Assembly: GCA_964057225.1 (NCBI GenBank)
Contig: OZ059895.1
Span: forward strand, 12,896,001-12,960,000
Source: Auanema rhodensis
Taxonomy: Eukaryota > Animalia > Nematoda
Length of the DNA: 64,000 nucleotides
Reading direction: 5' to 3'
Shown: positions 39,901 through 49,469 of the stretch, piece by piece
Numbering within the stretch: the stretch's first letter is position 1
Layout: every line of letters begins with the position of its first letter
The notes under the pieces: generated by a model
Told to the model about the DNA's origin: nothing
Databases searched by the model: none
What the model saw: the letters and a program-made list of their open reading frames with translations, nothing else
Made by a program: the position numbers and the translations under genes

Positions 39901-42900
39901 CAATTGTTTTGTATAGTGCTAACTTTGTTAGTCCTACTAGTCTTTCCCATGTTCCACCTTTCCATGGAGCCTGTGGTGTGTTGAAGTACCATTTAATATT
40001 CTTTTCGGCAAGATAATTGGTTAATGTTTTTTCATTTTTAGATTCATGGTTTTCTGTGTAAAACTCTATTACTTTAGCACTTAATAAGAAATTTCCTCCA
40101 TTATCGCTTCGTATTATTTCTGGAATACCTCTTCTTCCAATGAACCTTTCGAAAGCGTTTAAGAATGCTTTTGTTGATTGGTCAAAAACTATTTCTAAGT
40201 GTATAGCTCTTATAGCTAAACAAGTAAACAGACATATAAATATCTTTTTGCCATCCTTTATGGTTATTGGACCTAATAAGTCACAACCTGTACTCATGAA
40301 TGGTTTTGTTAGAATTACTCTATCCTTAGGCAATGCTGGCATTAAGGACGTTCCAAACGGCAAAGCGTTGTATCTATTGCAGATTGTGCATGTTTTGAGA
40401 ACTGATCTGACTATGCTTGATGGTTTACTTAAAAAGTATTTTTGACGCAAAAGTGTTAGAACAAAATCTCTCCCTTGGTGCATGCATTCTCTGTGTAAAT
40501 GCATAATTATGTGTTCTGTGTACGGAGAATCCCTTGGAAGATATATGGGATTTTGAGTTTCAAACGGTAATTCCGAGTTGTTCAATCTACTACGAACTCT
40601 GATTATTTCTTCATCGAGAAAAAATACAAAACCTTCATGTTTTTTCGTGAGGAGATCTATTGTTACATGCTGTTGTGCTTTACTTATTAGTAGTTTGGTT
40701 ATAATCTCAATATCATTAGCTGTAGTTTGCCAGTTTTCATCTAATTGCATTACCTTATTTAACCTTGTTATAGCTGTGGGATGTACTTTTATGATCCAAT
40801 GTCTCAAGAATTTACTTAATTTAACTATAGTTTTCAGTAAGGTATAGTTGTTGCTACGTAATTTAAATATATCTTCAACTGGTATTTGTGTTATTTGTTG
40901 TTGTTCAACGGTATCGATCAAGGTTGTTATATTCCAAATAGGCTCATATTCAATTTCTTCAATGTGTGATTTTGTTTGGGTTAACCATTGTGGTCCTTTA
41001 ATCCACATAGAATCACTTAGTTCTTGGAGACAAGCTCCTCGAGAACCAATATCGGCTGGGTTATAATCACCATTCACATGAAAAAGTTTGATTTTAATGT
41101 TACTTTCCTTCAATTTATCTATATACTTCCTTACATTGTCGACGCGACAGCCTACATATGGTGGTAAAGTTTTCTGATGGTTAGCTATCCAATGTAAGGC
41201 TACCTTACTGTCACTGGCTACGTGTACAGTTTTAAGATGATTGGTTGTAGATGTGACATTATCAGCTAACATAATACCTAATAGTATGGCAATGAGTTCT
41301 AGTCTTGGGATAGTCAGATTTCCCTTCTTTGCAATTTTCGACTTTCCGCTTACAAGTTGGCTTATTTTACCATTGGTTTCAATGTATGTGCAGGCAGCAA
41401 TGGCTAGTTTACTAGCATCCGTAAATACCCATAATATAGAGTCATTCAGGTTTAACTTTCTTTCAAGTCTCAATTCCTTTTCATTTAATAATTCATTTAT
41501 AGCTAAATTCCATTTATGTGTTATTTCTTTGGGTAATTCTACATCCCAACCCTTGAATTGATCACTTGATTCTCTTAGTAGTAATTTTAATGGTAAAATC
41601 AATGGGCTTGCCATACCTAATGGATCGAATATTGAATGTATTTGACTTAACATGTTCCTGTGCGTGTTGATTTCAAATTTCTTTAATTTAAGTATAAGAA
41701 CGAATAAATCTAATTTTGTATCATAATTTAAACCCAAAATTTTGGTAGTATTATGTGGGTATTTGTCTTCATTGTTCATATCTTCAGTAACTTTTGGATT
41801 GTTGCTCATAAATTCTCTTAAATTCATAGAAATGCCTTGTAAGATTTTCTTGGCTTTTTCGCATTTTATCTTAGCTTCTTCAACACTGTTTGCATATAAA
41901 ATTATATTGTCAACATATAAGGAATCGAGCAAGTGACTAGCGTAAGGGTCGGTATGATTATTGAGGTACCAGGCTAAGCTCATGCTTAATATACCCGGGG
42001 ACGCTGTTATACCAAATGGTAGCCGTTTGAATTGGTATGTCATGACGTTATATTTATTTACCGATTCATTTTCGTTTCTAATCCAGAAAAATTTACAATA
42101 TTTTCTGTGCTCTTCTTTAATACTTATTTGTAAAAATGCTGACTCAATGTCGCAGGTTATTATTATTGGACTTTTTCTACATTTTATTAATATATCATGA
42201 ATTTTGTGAATAAATGTTTGGCCTGAATGCATAACTTGGTTCAACGATGGACTATTTTTTTGTTTTGCTGAAGCATCAAACACGATTCTTAAAGGTCGAG
42301 CTTTTTCTTTTCTCCACACTCCATGATGTGGTAAGAAAAATCCATCTTCGGCTGATTCATCAACAATTGGCTCGATAATTCCCTTTTGAATGTATTCATT
42401 TATTAATTTTTTATACCATTCTAGTTGTTCTTTATTAGAGTGTAGATTTTTCCATAATGTCATGAATCTATGAAAAGCTGGCCATTTATTATTTTTCAAT
42501 TTATTCAAATAATTTTTAAATGGAAACGGAGCTTCAATTCTCCCGGCTTTAATGGATAGTTTTTTACTATATTCTTTAAGATAATTCTCTGCTTCTGCAT
42601 TGTTATCTACTATGGTGCTTATTCCAATAGTATCGATAAGGAAAAGTTCTTTCAGTTTTGTTTCTGGAGGTGGTTCATGACTTTGTTCCTCTTCAATGCT
42701 ACACAGAGTTACAATTTTTTCAAGTTTAGTTTCTCCATTTATAAGAGTTCCAAATACAGATCCTTTACATAAAAGATCAGAGGGAAGTCTGAATTCTTCA
42801 TTGTCTTTTACAAACAATTTTAATCTATCTTGTCCAATCAAAACATCCGGTTCAAAAACTTCCCCATTTGTATCGGTATTGGCTAATATAATATTATTTT

Positions 42901-44800
42901 CTTTAATGAAGCTCAAATCCTTTCTTGAAAGATAAGGACTATATATGTGGGAACTGATTTTTGGCTTAGTGAGCATTTCAGTTACAATTAAATTTTTTTC
43001 TTTAGTATAGAATATTGTGTTTACTATACTTGAAACATGAGAATGTTTCATTCCTCCAATACCATGAAATGTTTTTCTTTGTTTGGATTTAACTGGTAGT
43101 TTCATCCTTTTTGCTAGATCTTCTCTGATAAAAGATCGTTGAGAACAATCATCAAAAATAATGTTAACTTTCTCATAACTATCGCTATTGTAATTGAACA
43201 AATTTGCTTTTGCTGTTCGTAAAATTATTTGGCCTTTTTCTACGTCATGATTACCAACAATTGTGGTTAAACTTGTGGGTTCTTCATGTGCTTTCTTTGG
43301 AATAATTGTTTGATTATTTCTGGTCTTTTCTTCATCATTACCCCTTTGTAAAGAAATGTTGGTGATGACTCCATTTCTATTCTGATTTCTTTTATTTTGG
43401 TAACAAACTGAAATGTTGTGATCATCATGACAGCTGTTGCATTTAAACTTTGGCCATGTGCAGTTTTTGCTTTGATGATTGTCTGCAAAGCATACATAAC
43501 ATAGCCTTTTTTCTCTTAAAATTTTCCTTTTTTCCGTTGTTTCAATAGGACACATATGGCTATTGTGTGAATTGTTCGCGCAAAAAACGCAATTCCTTCT
43601 TTGTTTCAAATCCTTAACTTCATTCAATCGAAATTGTTTTTTAGTTTGATCACCATCTGGATTTTTACTTTTTTCATTGTTACTGAGATACAGTGATTCA
43701 GTGTTTTCAGTCATCTGTAGTAGTTTTACTTGCGCCGAAATATGTTCAATGATTTTCTCGTGGGACCATTCAAAATTTTGTTTGATGTGAATATCTTTGA
43801 TTATTTCAAATGGGAATTTATTGAGTACGGTAGCAACATAAAGCTCTTTGGTTAAAGATCCTCCCGCCGCTTGAATCTGTCGCAGCAGAGCTTTTATCTC
43901 TCTTAGCGTTTGAGCACAACTATCGGCTCGTCTTGAAGCTTTTGGCACCTTATTCAACTTGTTGATCAGCGTTGCTGTATCAACAGCGTATGAGGAATAT
44001 TCTTCCTTCAAACAATTTTTCATAAACTCATAGTTTTCTTCGGTACCGGGAATTCCCCTAAGAAGATATTCGGCTTCACCTGATAAGGACTCACATAGGA
44101 AGTTCACTTTTTCACTTATAGAGAAAGATTCATTGTTATCAATCATTCTCATGAATCTATCCCAGAATAAAGGGAATTTTTCCGGAGTACCGTCAAAGGT
44201 TGGAGTTTTTAATACGGGTCTTTGCAGTATTTGGTTAATCAGTCTTACTTCATTAACATGCTGATCATGCACTACCTGATCGGGTAAACTGTTTTGTTTT
44301 TCTTGTACCTCGTTTGTACAATTTTCATATTCTTTTTCTTCTGTATATTCAACTCTTTCCCGAAGTTGTTGTAATTCAAGTTGTATTTCCATATCTTTGA
44401 TTTTTTCTTTATTTTTATCAATAAGATTTTTTAAGAATATCAACTTGTCATTCAATTCCAGTATTATTAACGTGGCATTGCCACGGATGTCTCCTTTCTC
44501 ACCTTCTTCGAATTTTGTAAATTTTTTGTTTAATTCTTTTTGGTGCTCTTCTTCTAAAAGCTCACAAACTCTTTGAAAATTAATTTCAATGGTTTCAATT
44601 GATTGGAGTTTATTCTCCAAAATATTCAAGTAATTTTTAACTCTTGCACATTCATTCTCTTGCGCAATAATTTGATTTACCGGCTCAGACAATTCTGAGT
44701 AATCGGTCATTTTCTTATAGTTTTCAACTTTAGAATTCAGTTTATTCAAAAATTCTAATTCTCTCCCCATTTGGAGAATATATCTTTGAGCGGAGGACAT
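36968..44800 (-). CDS. BEL/Pao polyprotein Gag-PR-RT-RNaseH-IN plus phlebovirus Gc-like class II fusion glycoprotein (first ATG 44800; frame open from 44884)
   Basis: Gag PTFDGTPEKFPLFWDRF and three Cys/His knuckles; PR IFDDCSQRSFI; RT YVDN; RNase H FTDAS and TIPRLEL; IN HHCC, DLLGP, SDNG, GGTWERLV. The Cys-rich env has GCARRCGSLFCGCWS and SGCHSC and a C-terminal TM segment. Confidence 0.95.
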   Translation of the reverse strand: MSSAQRYILQMGRELEFLNKLNSKVENYKKMTDYSELSEPVNQIIAQENECARVKNYLNILENKLQSIETIEINFQRVCELLEEEHQKELNKKFTKFEEGEKGDIRGNATLIILELNDKLIFLKNLIDKNKEKIKDMEIQLELQQLRERVEYTEEKEYENCTNEVQEKQNSLPDQVVHDQHVNEVRLINQILQRPVLKTPTFDGTPEKFPLFWDRFMRMIDNNESFSISEKVNFLCESLSGEAEYLLRGIPGTEENYEFMKNCLKEEYSSYAVDTATLINKLNKVPKASRRADSCAQTLREIKALLRQIQAAGGSLTKELYVATVLNKFPFEIIKDIHIKQNFEWSHEKIIEHISAQVKLLQMTENTESLYLSNNEKSKNPDGDQTKKQFRLNEVKDLKQRRNCVFCANNSHNSHMCPIETTEKRKILREKRLCYVCFADNHQSKNCTWPKFKCNSCHDDHNISVCYQNKRNQNRNGVITNISLQRGNDEEKTRNNQTIIPKKAHEEPTSLTTIVGNHDVEKGQIILRTAKANLFNYNSDSYEKVNIIFDDCSQRSFIREDLAKRMKLPVKSKQRKTFHGIGGMKHSHVSSIVNTIFYTKEKNLIVTEMLTKPKISSHIYSPYLSRKDLSFIKENNIILANTDTNGEVFEPDVLIGQDRLKLFVKDNEEFRLPSDLLCKGSVFGTLINGETKLEKIVTLCSIEEEQSHEPPPETKLKELFLIDTIGISTIVDNNAEAENYLKEYSKKLSIKAGRIEAPFPFKNYLNKLKNNKWPAFHRFMTLWKNLHSNKEQLEWYKKLINEYIQKGIIEPIVDESAEDGFFLPHHGVWRKEKARPLRIVFDASAKQKNSPSLNQVMHSGQTFIHKIHDILIKCRKSPIIITCDIESAFLQISIKEEHRKYCKFFWIRNENESVNKYNVMTYQFKRLPFGITASPGILSMSLAWYLNNHTDPYASHLLDSLYVDNIILYANSVEEAKIKCEKAKKILQGISMNLREFMSNNPKVTEDMNNEDKYPHNTTKILGLNYDTKLDLFVLILKLKKFEINTHRNMLSQIHSIFDPLGMASPLILPLKLLLRESSDQFKGWDVELPKEITHKWNLAINELLNEKELRLERKLNLNDSILWVFTDASKLAIAACTYIETNGKISQLVSGKSKIAKKGNLTIPRLELIAILLGIMLADNVTSTTNHLKTVHVASDSKVALHWIANHQKTLPPYVGCRVDNVRKYIDKLKESNIKIKLFHVNGDYNPADIGSRGACLQELSDSMWIKGPQWLTQTKSHIEEIEYEPIWNITTLIDTVEQQQITQIPVEDIFKLRSNNYTLLKTIVKLSKFLRHWIIKVHPTAITRLNKVMQLDENWQTTANDIEIITKLLISKAQQHVTIDLLTKKHEGFVFFLDEEIIRVRSRLNNSELPFETQNPIYLPRDSPYTEHIIMHLHRECMHQGRDFVLTLLRQKYFLSKPSSIVRSVLKTCTICNRYNALPFGTSLMPALPKDRVILTKPFMSTGCDLLGPITIKDGKKIFICLFTCLAIRAIHLEIVFDQSTKAFLNAFERFIGRRGIPEIIRSDNGGNFLLSAKVIEFYTENHESKNEKTLTNYLAEKNIKWYFNTPQAPWKGGTWERLVGLTKLALYKTIGNRLMSIDDIHTVIVKIETILNTRPLTHPNPSNLNILPIRPCDFLNRSIRFTLSSNVSNTRIYDKTINSRTIQTIEQAIEAIELSNDVTQLFWKKFYSEYLLYLRDIYKHNRKQPATNAKKPQEGEVIIIQNEDSSRGKWKLGRIIELIKSADGEVRSAKLITGTGLITTRSLNHIYPLEVRNAEAAPFASEPHSMRYNKKYQVNPFLITGTVTQKGNRVENVETIENTQESEQSNNVIPLEIYTPNMNIINDAGDENDSNNTNLEQEKDQTNEITLQTENESKPSNLNRWFRTRTQGSQAAVRSYFKKNKMKTIVPKVALLGIIPTVEATCQSSELLTAEALYFPQCNPLTTLITFFIPIILLFTILAICKRVLKAHKNDQYWYKFLNDNWQTILTEVRSGKPDSKRLTSSDDVVVQKENTVTTKFDNVTPKWKNDIPETIKIPNYMRTSSFTSLQLSIALMVLLITVESCSNSHIKHSINIICINRTNCYQEYDNEIIFNKGIRDACLEFIYQNKSIGKIEITKKPTEYICQKSTLYYTRESTIQYKTQYSCYGSGSCNHTCEAINPIGQLQEFDKKEGPTQVGCARRCGSLFCGCWSLEDGCSIYQTEFKPINEIVYEIVECDSWEINIPLEVKYDLFKHKANINILLKPYDTVNFPNFNISSISHIVPPTRYLNTKYALSTINSYYMEPHTMSEVACKTKYQTTNEFNSCKILRLCNCKISKREELTCTCPSDNIFNQANLLPMNTKNTLITMKENKLTLIPQTDESTVVLQLQGNVSSRTFLYDFPCRPEFKKLSGCHSCRRTAVAEFMCISQKESWITMQCSENIYMIECAPHMPLTAVEYYSENSEIYEECFVTCANEKHRMIIQGTLQWDSEIPDVEKTIMNIVTNANTWRNILNVVKTNWALSICLLLMTVFIPVLSYIIGVQTIIIIIISIQKLIIQIIKIVMIITSLMRKMLRNPRHRAESSTNKN

Positions 44801-44900
44801 TATTTTAGCCTTCCTCAATGGATATTTCAGATTCAGCGATATTTTTATCGTCTTATTGTTTCTTGACAAGTAATTTCTTGTCAACTCGGATTTTCTACGA

Positions 44901-44993
44901 GTTCTTCGGAATTTTATTTCTCCGGCGGTTCTATATAACCTTTAACACAGTGTTCTTCGGAATTTATTTCTCCGGCGGTTCTATATAACCTTT
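44901..44993. repeat. About 42-bp direct repeat (2 copies) in the BEL 5' leader
   Basis: GTTCTTCGGAATT(T)TATTTCTCCGGCGGTTCTATATAACCTTT at 44901 and 44952. Confidence 0.85.
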
Positions 44994-45028
44994 GTTTTAA
45001 ACTTTCCTTATCAGTAAGCAACTGAATT

Positions 45029-45046
45029 ATCCTGCCGTGGTCGCCA
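45029..45046 (-). promoter_or_regulatory. Primer binding site, tRNA-Arg-like
   Basis: Minus strand TGGCGACCACGGCAGGAT, 2 nt from the LTR, complementary to a tRNA-Arg-type 3' end (..TCCTGCCGYGGTCGCCA). Confidence 0.85.
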
Positions 45047-45048
45047 AA

Positions 45049-45386
45049 TGTCGCTTGACAAACTGGACTTTTACCTCCAAGTATCAGTCCAAGTATGGAG
45101 TCGGTTCGTATGAGTGCGGTATTATGCGTTAAGACAAGTTAAATGAAGAAAGGTTTATTCAATAAATGCAACAACAGTAAAGTGAACAAGTGGATTGATT
45201 CTAGAAATTCCAAGAAATCCTAAAATCAATACAAAATTGGTGAGACATGAGTTTTTTCCATCTGGTTCTCCCTTTTATAGGGAGGCACCAGATGGATCAA
45301 GGGGAGGAGAATGTTTTTGCGAGACAAAGTAAGAATGAGTGAAAATCAGTATGAAACTTACATATTCTTTCACGTCGACCGTGACA
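45049..45386 (-). repeat. BEL element 5' LTR (338 bp)
   Basis: Direct repeat of 35446-35783, next to the PBS. TATAAAA and AATAAA are present on the minus strand. Confidence 0.96.
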
Positions 45387-45852
45387 GGGCCCGGTTAGTA
45401 CTTGGATCGGAGACGGCTTGGGAATCCCGGGTGCCGTAAGCTTTTCAAATTTTTTTAACGATCATACCACGTTGAAAGTACGCCATGCAGCTGATTTTCA
45501 ATTTTATCTCTTCCGTAACAAATGTTTTCAATTTTCCAGCAGTTTTACTTAGATAGCTCAACCGAAGGCAGCGAATTATCTCTAATCTTATTCCTATATT
45601 ACAGTTATAAACTAGTAGTTTATGAACCTTCATCTTAACTTTACTGTTTCTATCTATTTCCTATTGAAACAAACATTGTTTAAACACTATACAACTGTGA
45701 AACCTTTTTTAATTTATTGTATTTGGATCTCATAAGATTTGATATCATCGAGGGATTTAGATGTAACGTAGAAAATTACATAACTAACATGAAATTGGAA
45801 AAAAAACAATAACGAGGATAAGTATGTAAATCATTGAATATCAGGTATTTTC

Positions 45853-45971
45853 GCTTACGACCATACCACGTTGAAAGTACGCCATCCCGTCCGATCTGGC
45901 AAGTCAAGCAACGTTGGGCCCGGTTAGTACTTGGATCGGAGACGGCTTGGGAATCCCGGGTGCCGTAAGCT
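45853..45971 (+). rRNA. 5S rRNA
   Basis: Full consensus copy between the two LTR elements. Confidence 0.95.
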
Positions 45972-46381
45972 TTTCAAATTTTTTTAACGATCATACCACG
46001 TTGAAAGTACGCCATGCAGCTGATTTTCAATTTTATCTCTTCCGTAACAAATGTTTTCAATTTTCCAGCAGTTTTACTTAGATAGCTCAACCGAAGGCAG
46101 CGAATTATCTCTAATCTTATTCCTATATTACAGTTATAAACCAGTAGTTTATGAACCTTCATCTTAACTTTACTGTTTCTATCTATTTCCTATTGAAACA
46201 AACATTGTTTAAACACTATACAACTGTGAAACCTTTTTTAATTTATTGTATTTGGATCTCATAAGATTTGATATCATCGAGGGATTTAGATGTAACGTAG
46301 AAAATTACATAACTAACATGAAATTGGAAAAAAAACAATAACGAGGATAAGTATGTAAATCATTGAATATCAGATATTTTC

Positions 46382-46500
46382 GCTTACGACCATACCACGT
46401 TGAAAGTACGCCATCCCGTCCGATCTGGCAAGTCAAGCAACGTTGGGCCCGGTTAGTACTTGGATCGGAGACGGCTTGGGAATCCCGGGTGCCGTAAGCT
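46382..46500 (+). rRNA. 5S rRNA
   Basis: Full consensus copy. Confidence 0.95.
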
Positions 46501-47363
46501 TTTCAAATTTTTTTAACGATCATACCACGTTGAAAGTACGCAATGCAGCTGATTTTCAATTTTATCTCTTCCGTAACAAATGTTTTTAATTTTCCAGCAG
46601 TTTTACTTAGATAGCTCAACCCAAGGCATCAAAATATCTTCAATCTTATTTCTATATTACAGTTATAAACCAGTAGTTTATGAACCTTCATCTTAACTTT
46701 ACTGTTTCTATCTATTTCCTATTGAAACAAACATTGTTTAAACACTATACAACTGTGAAACCTTTTTTAATTTATTGTATTTGGAGCTCATAAGATTTGA
46801 TATCATCGAGGAATTTAGATGTAACGTAGAAAATTACATAACTAACATGAAATTGGAAAAAAAACAATAACGAGGATAAGTATGTAAATCATTGAATATC
46901 AGATTTTTTCGCTTACGACCATACCACGTTGAAAGTACGCCATGCAGCTGATTTTCAATTTTATCTCTTCCGTAACAAATGTTTTTAATTTTCCAGCAGT
47001 TTTACTTAGATAGCTCAACCCAAGGCATCAAAATATCTTCAATCTTATTTCTATATTACAGTTATAAACCAGTAGTTTATGAACCTTCATCTTAACTTTT
47101 ACCTTCATCTTAACTAACAAATGTTTTTAATTTTCCAGCAGTTTTACTTAGATAGCTCAACCCAAGGCATCAAAATATCTTCAATCTTATTTCTATATTA
47201 CAGTTATAAACCAGTAGTTTATGAACCTTCATCTTAACTTTACTGTTTCTATCTATTTCCTATTGAAACAAACATTGTTTAAACACTATACAACTGTGAA
47301 ACCTTTTTTAATTTTCTGTATTTGGATCTCATAAGATTTGATATCATCGAGGGATTTAGATGT

Positions 47364-47703
47364 TGTTCCATACGTGTCTTATAAAGAAGGCGGTTGACAA
47401 CGTCAACCGACTTTTGGTTAATAGAATTCAATAAGAAACTAGACCTGAACTACTTTTTGTATAAATTCAATTATATTTGTAATTAATATCTTGCTATATA
47501 AACCCCTGAGAAAGCAACTAGGTTGGCTTTCTCATAACATGTAGTTTCATGTATTTGATTATTGTATTTTTGCTTTTATAATTGTATTTCCATATTCTGA
47601 ATAAACTTCTTTTTCTCTACTCTCTGTTACTTTTACAATGGCATTCACACTATTAAAGTCCATATGGTTACCTAGCCGGAACCCTAGGAACCAATATGGA
47701 ACG
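47364..47703 (+). repeat. Gypsy 5' LTR, type A (340 bp)
   Basis: Shares termini, a hairpin, TGCTATATAAACCC and the CCTAG..CTAGG block with the type B LTR; directly followed by the PBS. Confidence 0.87.
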
Positions 47704-47721
47704 TGGAGGTTCCACCGAGAT
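47704..47721 (+). promoter_or_regulatory. Primer binding site, tRNA-Gln
   Basis: TGGAGGTTCCACCGAGAT is complementary to the tRNA-Gln 3' end ATCTCGGTGGAACCTCCA. Confidence 0.9.
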
Positions 47722-48833
47722 TCGTCTATAAGGGACGAATCTCTATGGACCATTGCCGCTACTTTTTCTCACCTTTAAATTACTTTCTCTTTCTTTGAAA
47801 TCCTTTTTACTCTAAAAATTTATCTTGATTTCATATCCAAAAATTCTAGTTAAATTTTATATTTCAAACTTTCAAGTCAATTTTGTATCTAAAACAAAAA
47901 CTTCAATTTAATCTAGTAATTCGAATTTATCTCTAAATCATTCTTCTAACATCATTTCTGATATATCTATTTGAAAGAAAAAAAATGTCTTATACATATT
48001 ATCTATTACAATCTATATTCCTACTTTATTCCTCTACTTTCCTGTATGTTTAAAGCATATAATGCATAAAAACTCTTTTTGGAACAAGCATATCAAAATA
48101 TTTAACCACGAATAATATTAAAAACTATCAATTCATGAAATATCTTAAAGACATTTATTCATATTGCAACACTTACCCATAAGTCATCTTGAAAACATCT
48201 TATCACAAGCTAATTTTGAAAATCTATTCATAAATCATTCTGAAAACATTGATTCATAAACAAAACCACTATTCTTGACATCTAACGCATTTTTATGAGA
48301 AAGCCCCGTAAGAAACAATACCAGACATTCTCGGGACATCGCCCGGAGGCGTACACTTTTTGATATAAGACGCGCAATCATTTGAAATTAACCCTTTTTG
48401 GTCCCATATGAGAATTAAAGAATATTTTGAAGTTGAGTGGTCCCACCTAGCAAGACCCAGGGGAACAGAAGTAACGTTAAAAGGGAACGTCTTTTGGGGG
48501 TTTGCTTAGGTAAGAGAAGTCTGGAAAAGTGAGTATGAGAAGCCTGTGTACCTGATCTTGTCCATGACTGAAAAGGAGCAATACACAGACCACTGTCTCA
48601 TATCTCATGCCTCTTCGAGAGATAAGAACTTGGTCCTTTGCTAAAGGTCACACGTAGTTGCGGACTCGTGTATGAACCTGACCAGGCTATTCTCCGACTA
48701 GAGACCCGCTGCAGGCTGGCCCCCTGACAGGAACAGGAGTCGCGCATACCAACCCCATATTGTCTCTTACGTTTTGTATAATATAAGCTCAGTCTTCGTT
48801 GGTTAATAATTTCCTTCCAGGAAACCAACAAAG

Positions 48834-49469
48834 ATGGCTGACGCAGCGAATCAAAACCCTCCGCCGGGAAATATTGCCCAAAATGCTACGAATAGCGCAG
48901 AGAAAACTCAGACAGTGGAAGCAGCACTGCATAGAAACCAAAGAAAAAGAGGACCACCGGATGCATTCCGACCAGATGCGAAATATCTGAAAACGAACGC
49001 GAAATCAAAGAAATTACCCCCTATTCCGGGTACACCGCTAACTGCTAAGAAACTTTATACTACTGCTATTAAAACTACTAGGCATGCAATTAGCTTGAAT
49101 AAGAATAAAACATCATCCAGTAAATCTACGCCCAAACGCTCTTCTCACTCTCCAAAAACAGTTGTTAATACCGGCACTAACACTTGTCCTCCAAATCACT
49201 CTTCTCCTCAACGCCTTGTTCAAACCGCAAATGCGGAAATCCTCACCTCTCCTATTCCTAGAAACTCTCCCTCTTCCACTGATCAATCTTTGCACGGGCA
49301 CTCTCTGTCTCCTGTCTCTTCTTCGTCAGACAATAACGTAAATTTGACTTCGAATGTTACAGAGCAGAGAAGTCGCCCTCAAATTGGCAGAGCAGATGGA
49401 GCAAGACAACTCTCCTATTGCAAGAGCCCACAACGTTTCTATTCGCCATCACAAACCTACGCTTTATGA
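48834..49469 (+). CDS. Upstream ORF (211 aa, basic then Ser/Pro/Thr-rich) overlapping the gag start in another frame; function unknown
   Basis: The ATG is preceded by acceptor-like TTCCAG (48815-48820). The frame is open for 636 bp in AT-rich surroundings. Confidence 0.5.
   Translation: MADAANQNPPPGNIAQNATNSAEKTQTVEAALHRNQRKRGPPDAFRPDAKYLKTNAKSKKLPPIPGTPLTAKKLYTTAIKTTRHAISLNKNKTSSSKSTPKRSSHSPKTVVNTGTNTCPPNHSSPQRLVQTANAEILTSPIPRNSPSSTDQSLHGHSLSPVSSSSDNNVNLTSNVTEQRSRPQIGRADGARQLSYCKSPQRFYSPSQTYAL

Larger units (their letters stand above)
35446..45386 (-). mobile_element. Full-length BEL/Pao (Belpaoviridae, Cer-like) LTR retroelement with envelope, 9941 bp, 5-bp TSD GGGCC
   Basis: 338-bp TG...CA LTRs at both ends, GGGCC at 35441-35445 and 45387-45391, a PBS, and a single gag-PR-RT-RH-IN-env ORF. 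Confidence 0.97.
35378..45442 (+). pseudogene. 5S gene interrupted by the BEL/Pao element
   Basis: 5S nt 1-68 lie at 35378-35445; the gene resumes with duplicated GGGCC at 45387. Confidence 0.93.

Noticed and set aside
37402-43497. Many short ORFs overlapping the BEL polyprotein
   Set aside because: Shadow frames of the long ORF with no motifs or splice signals of their own.
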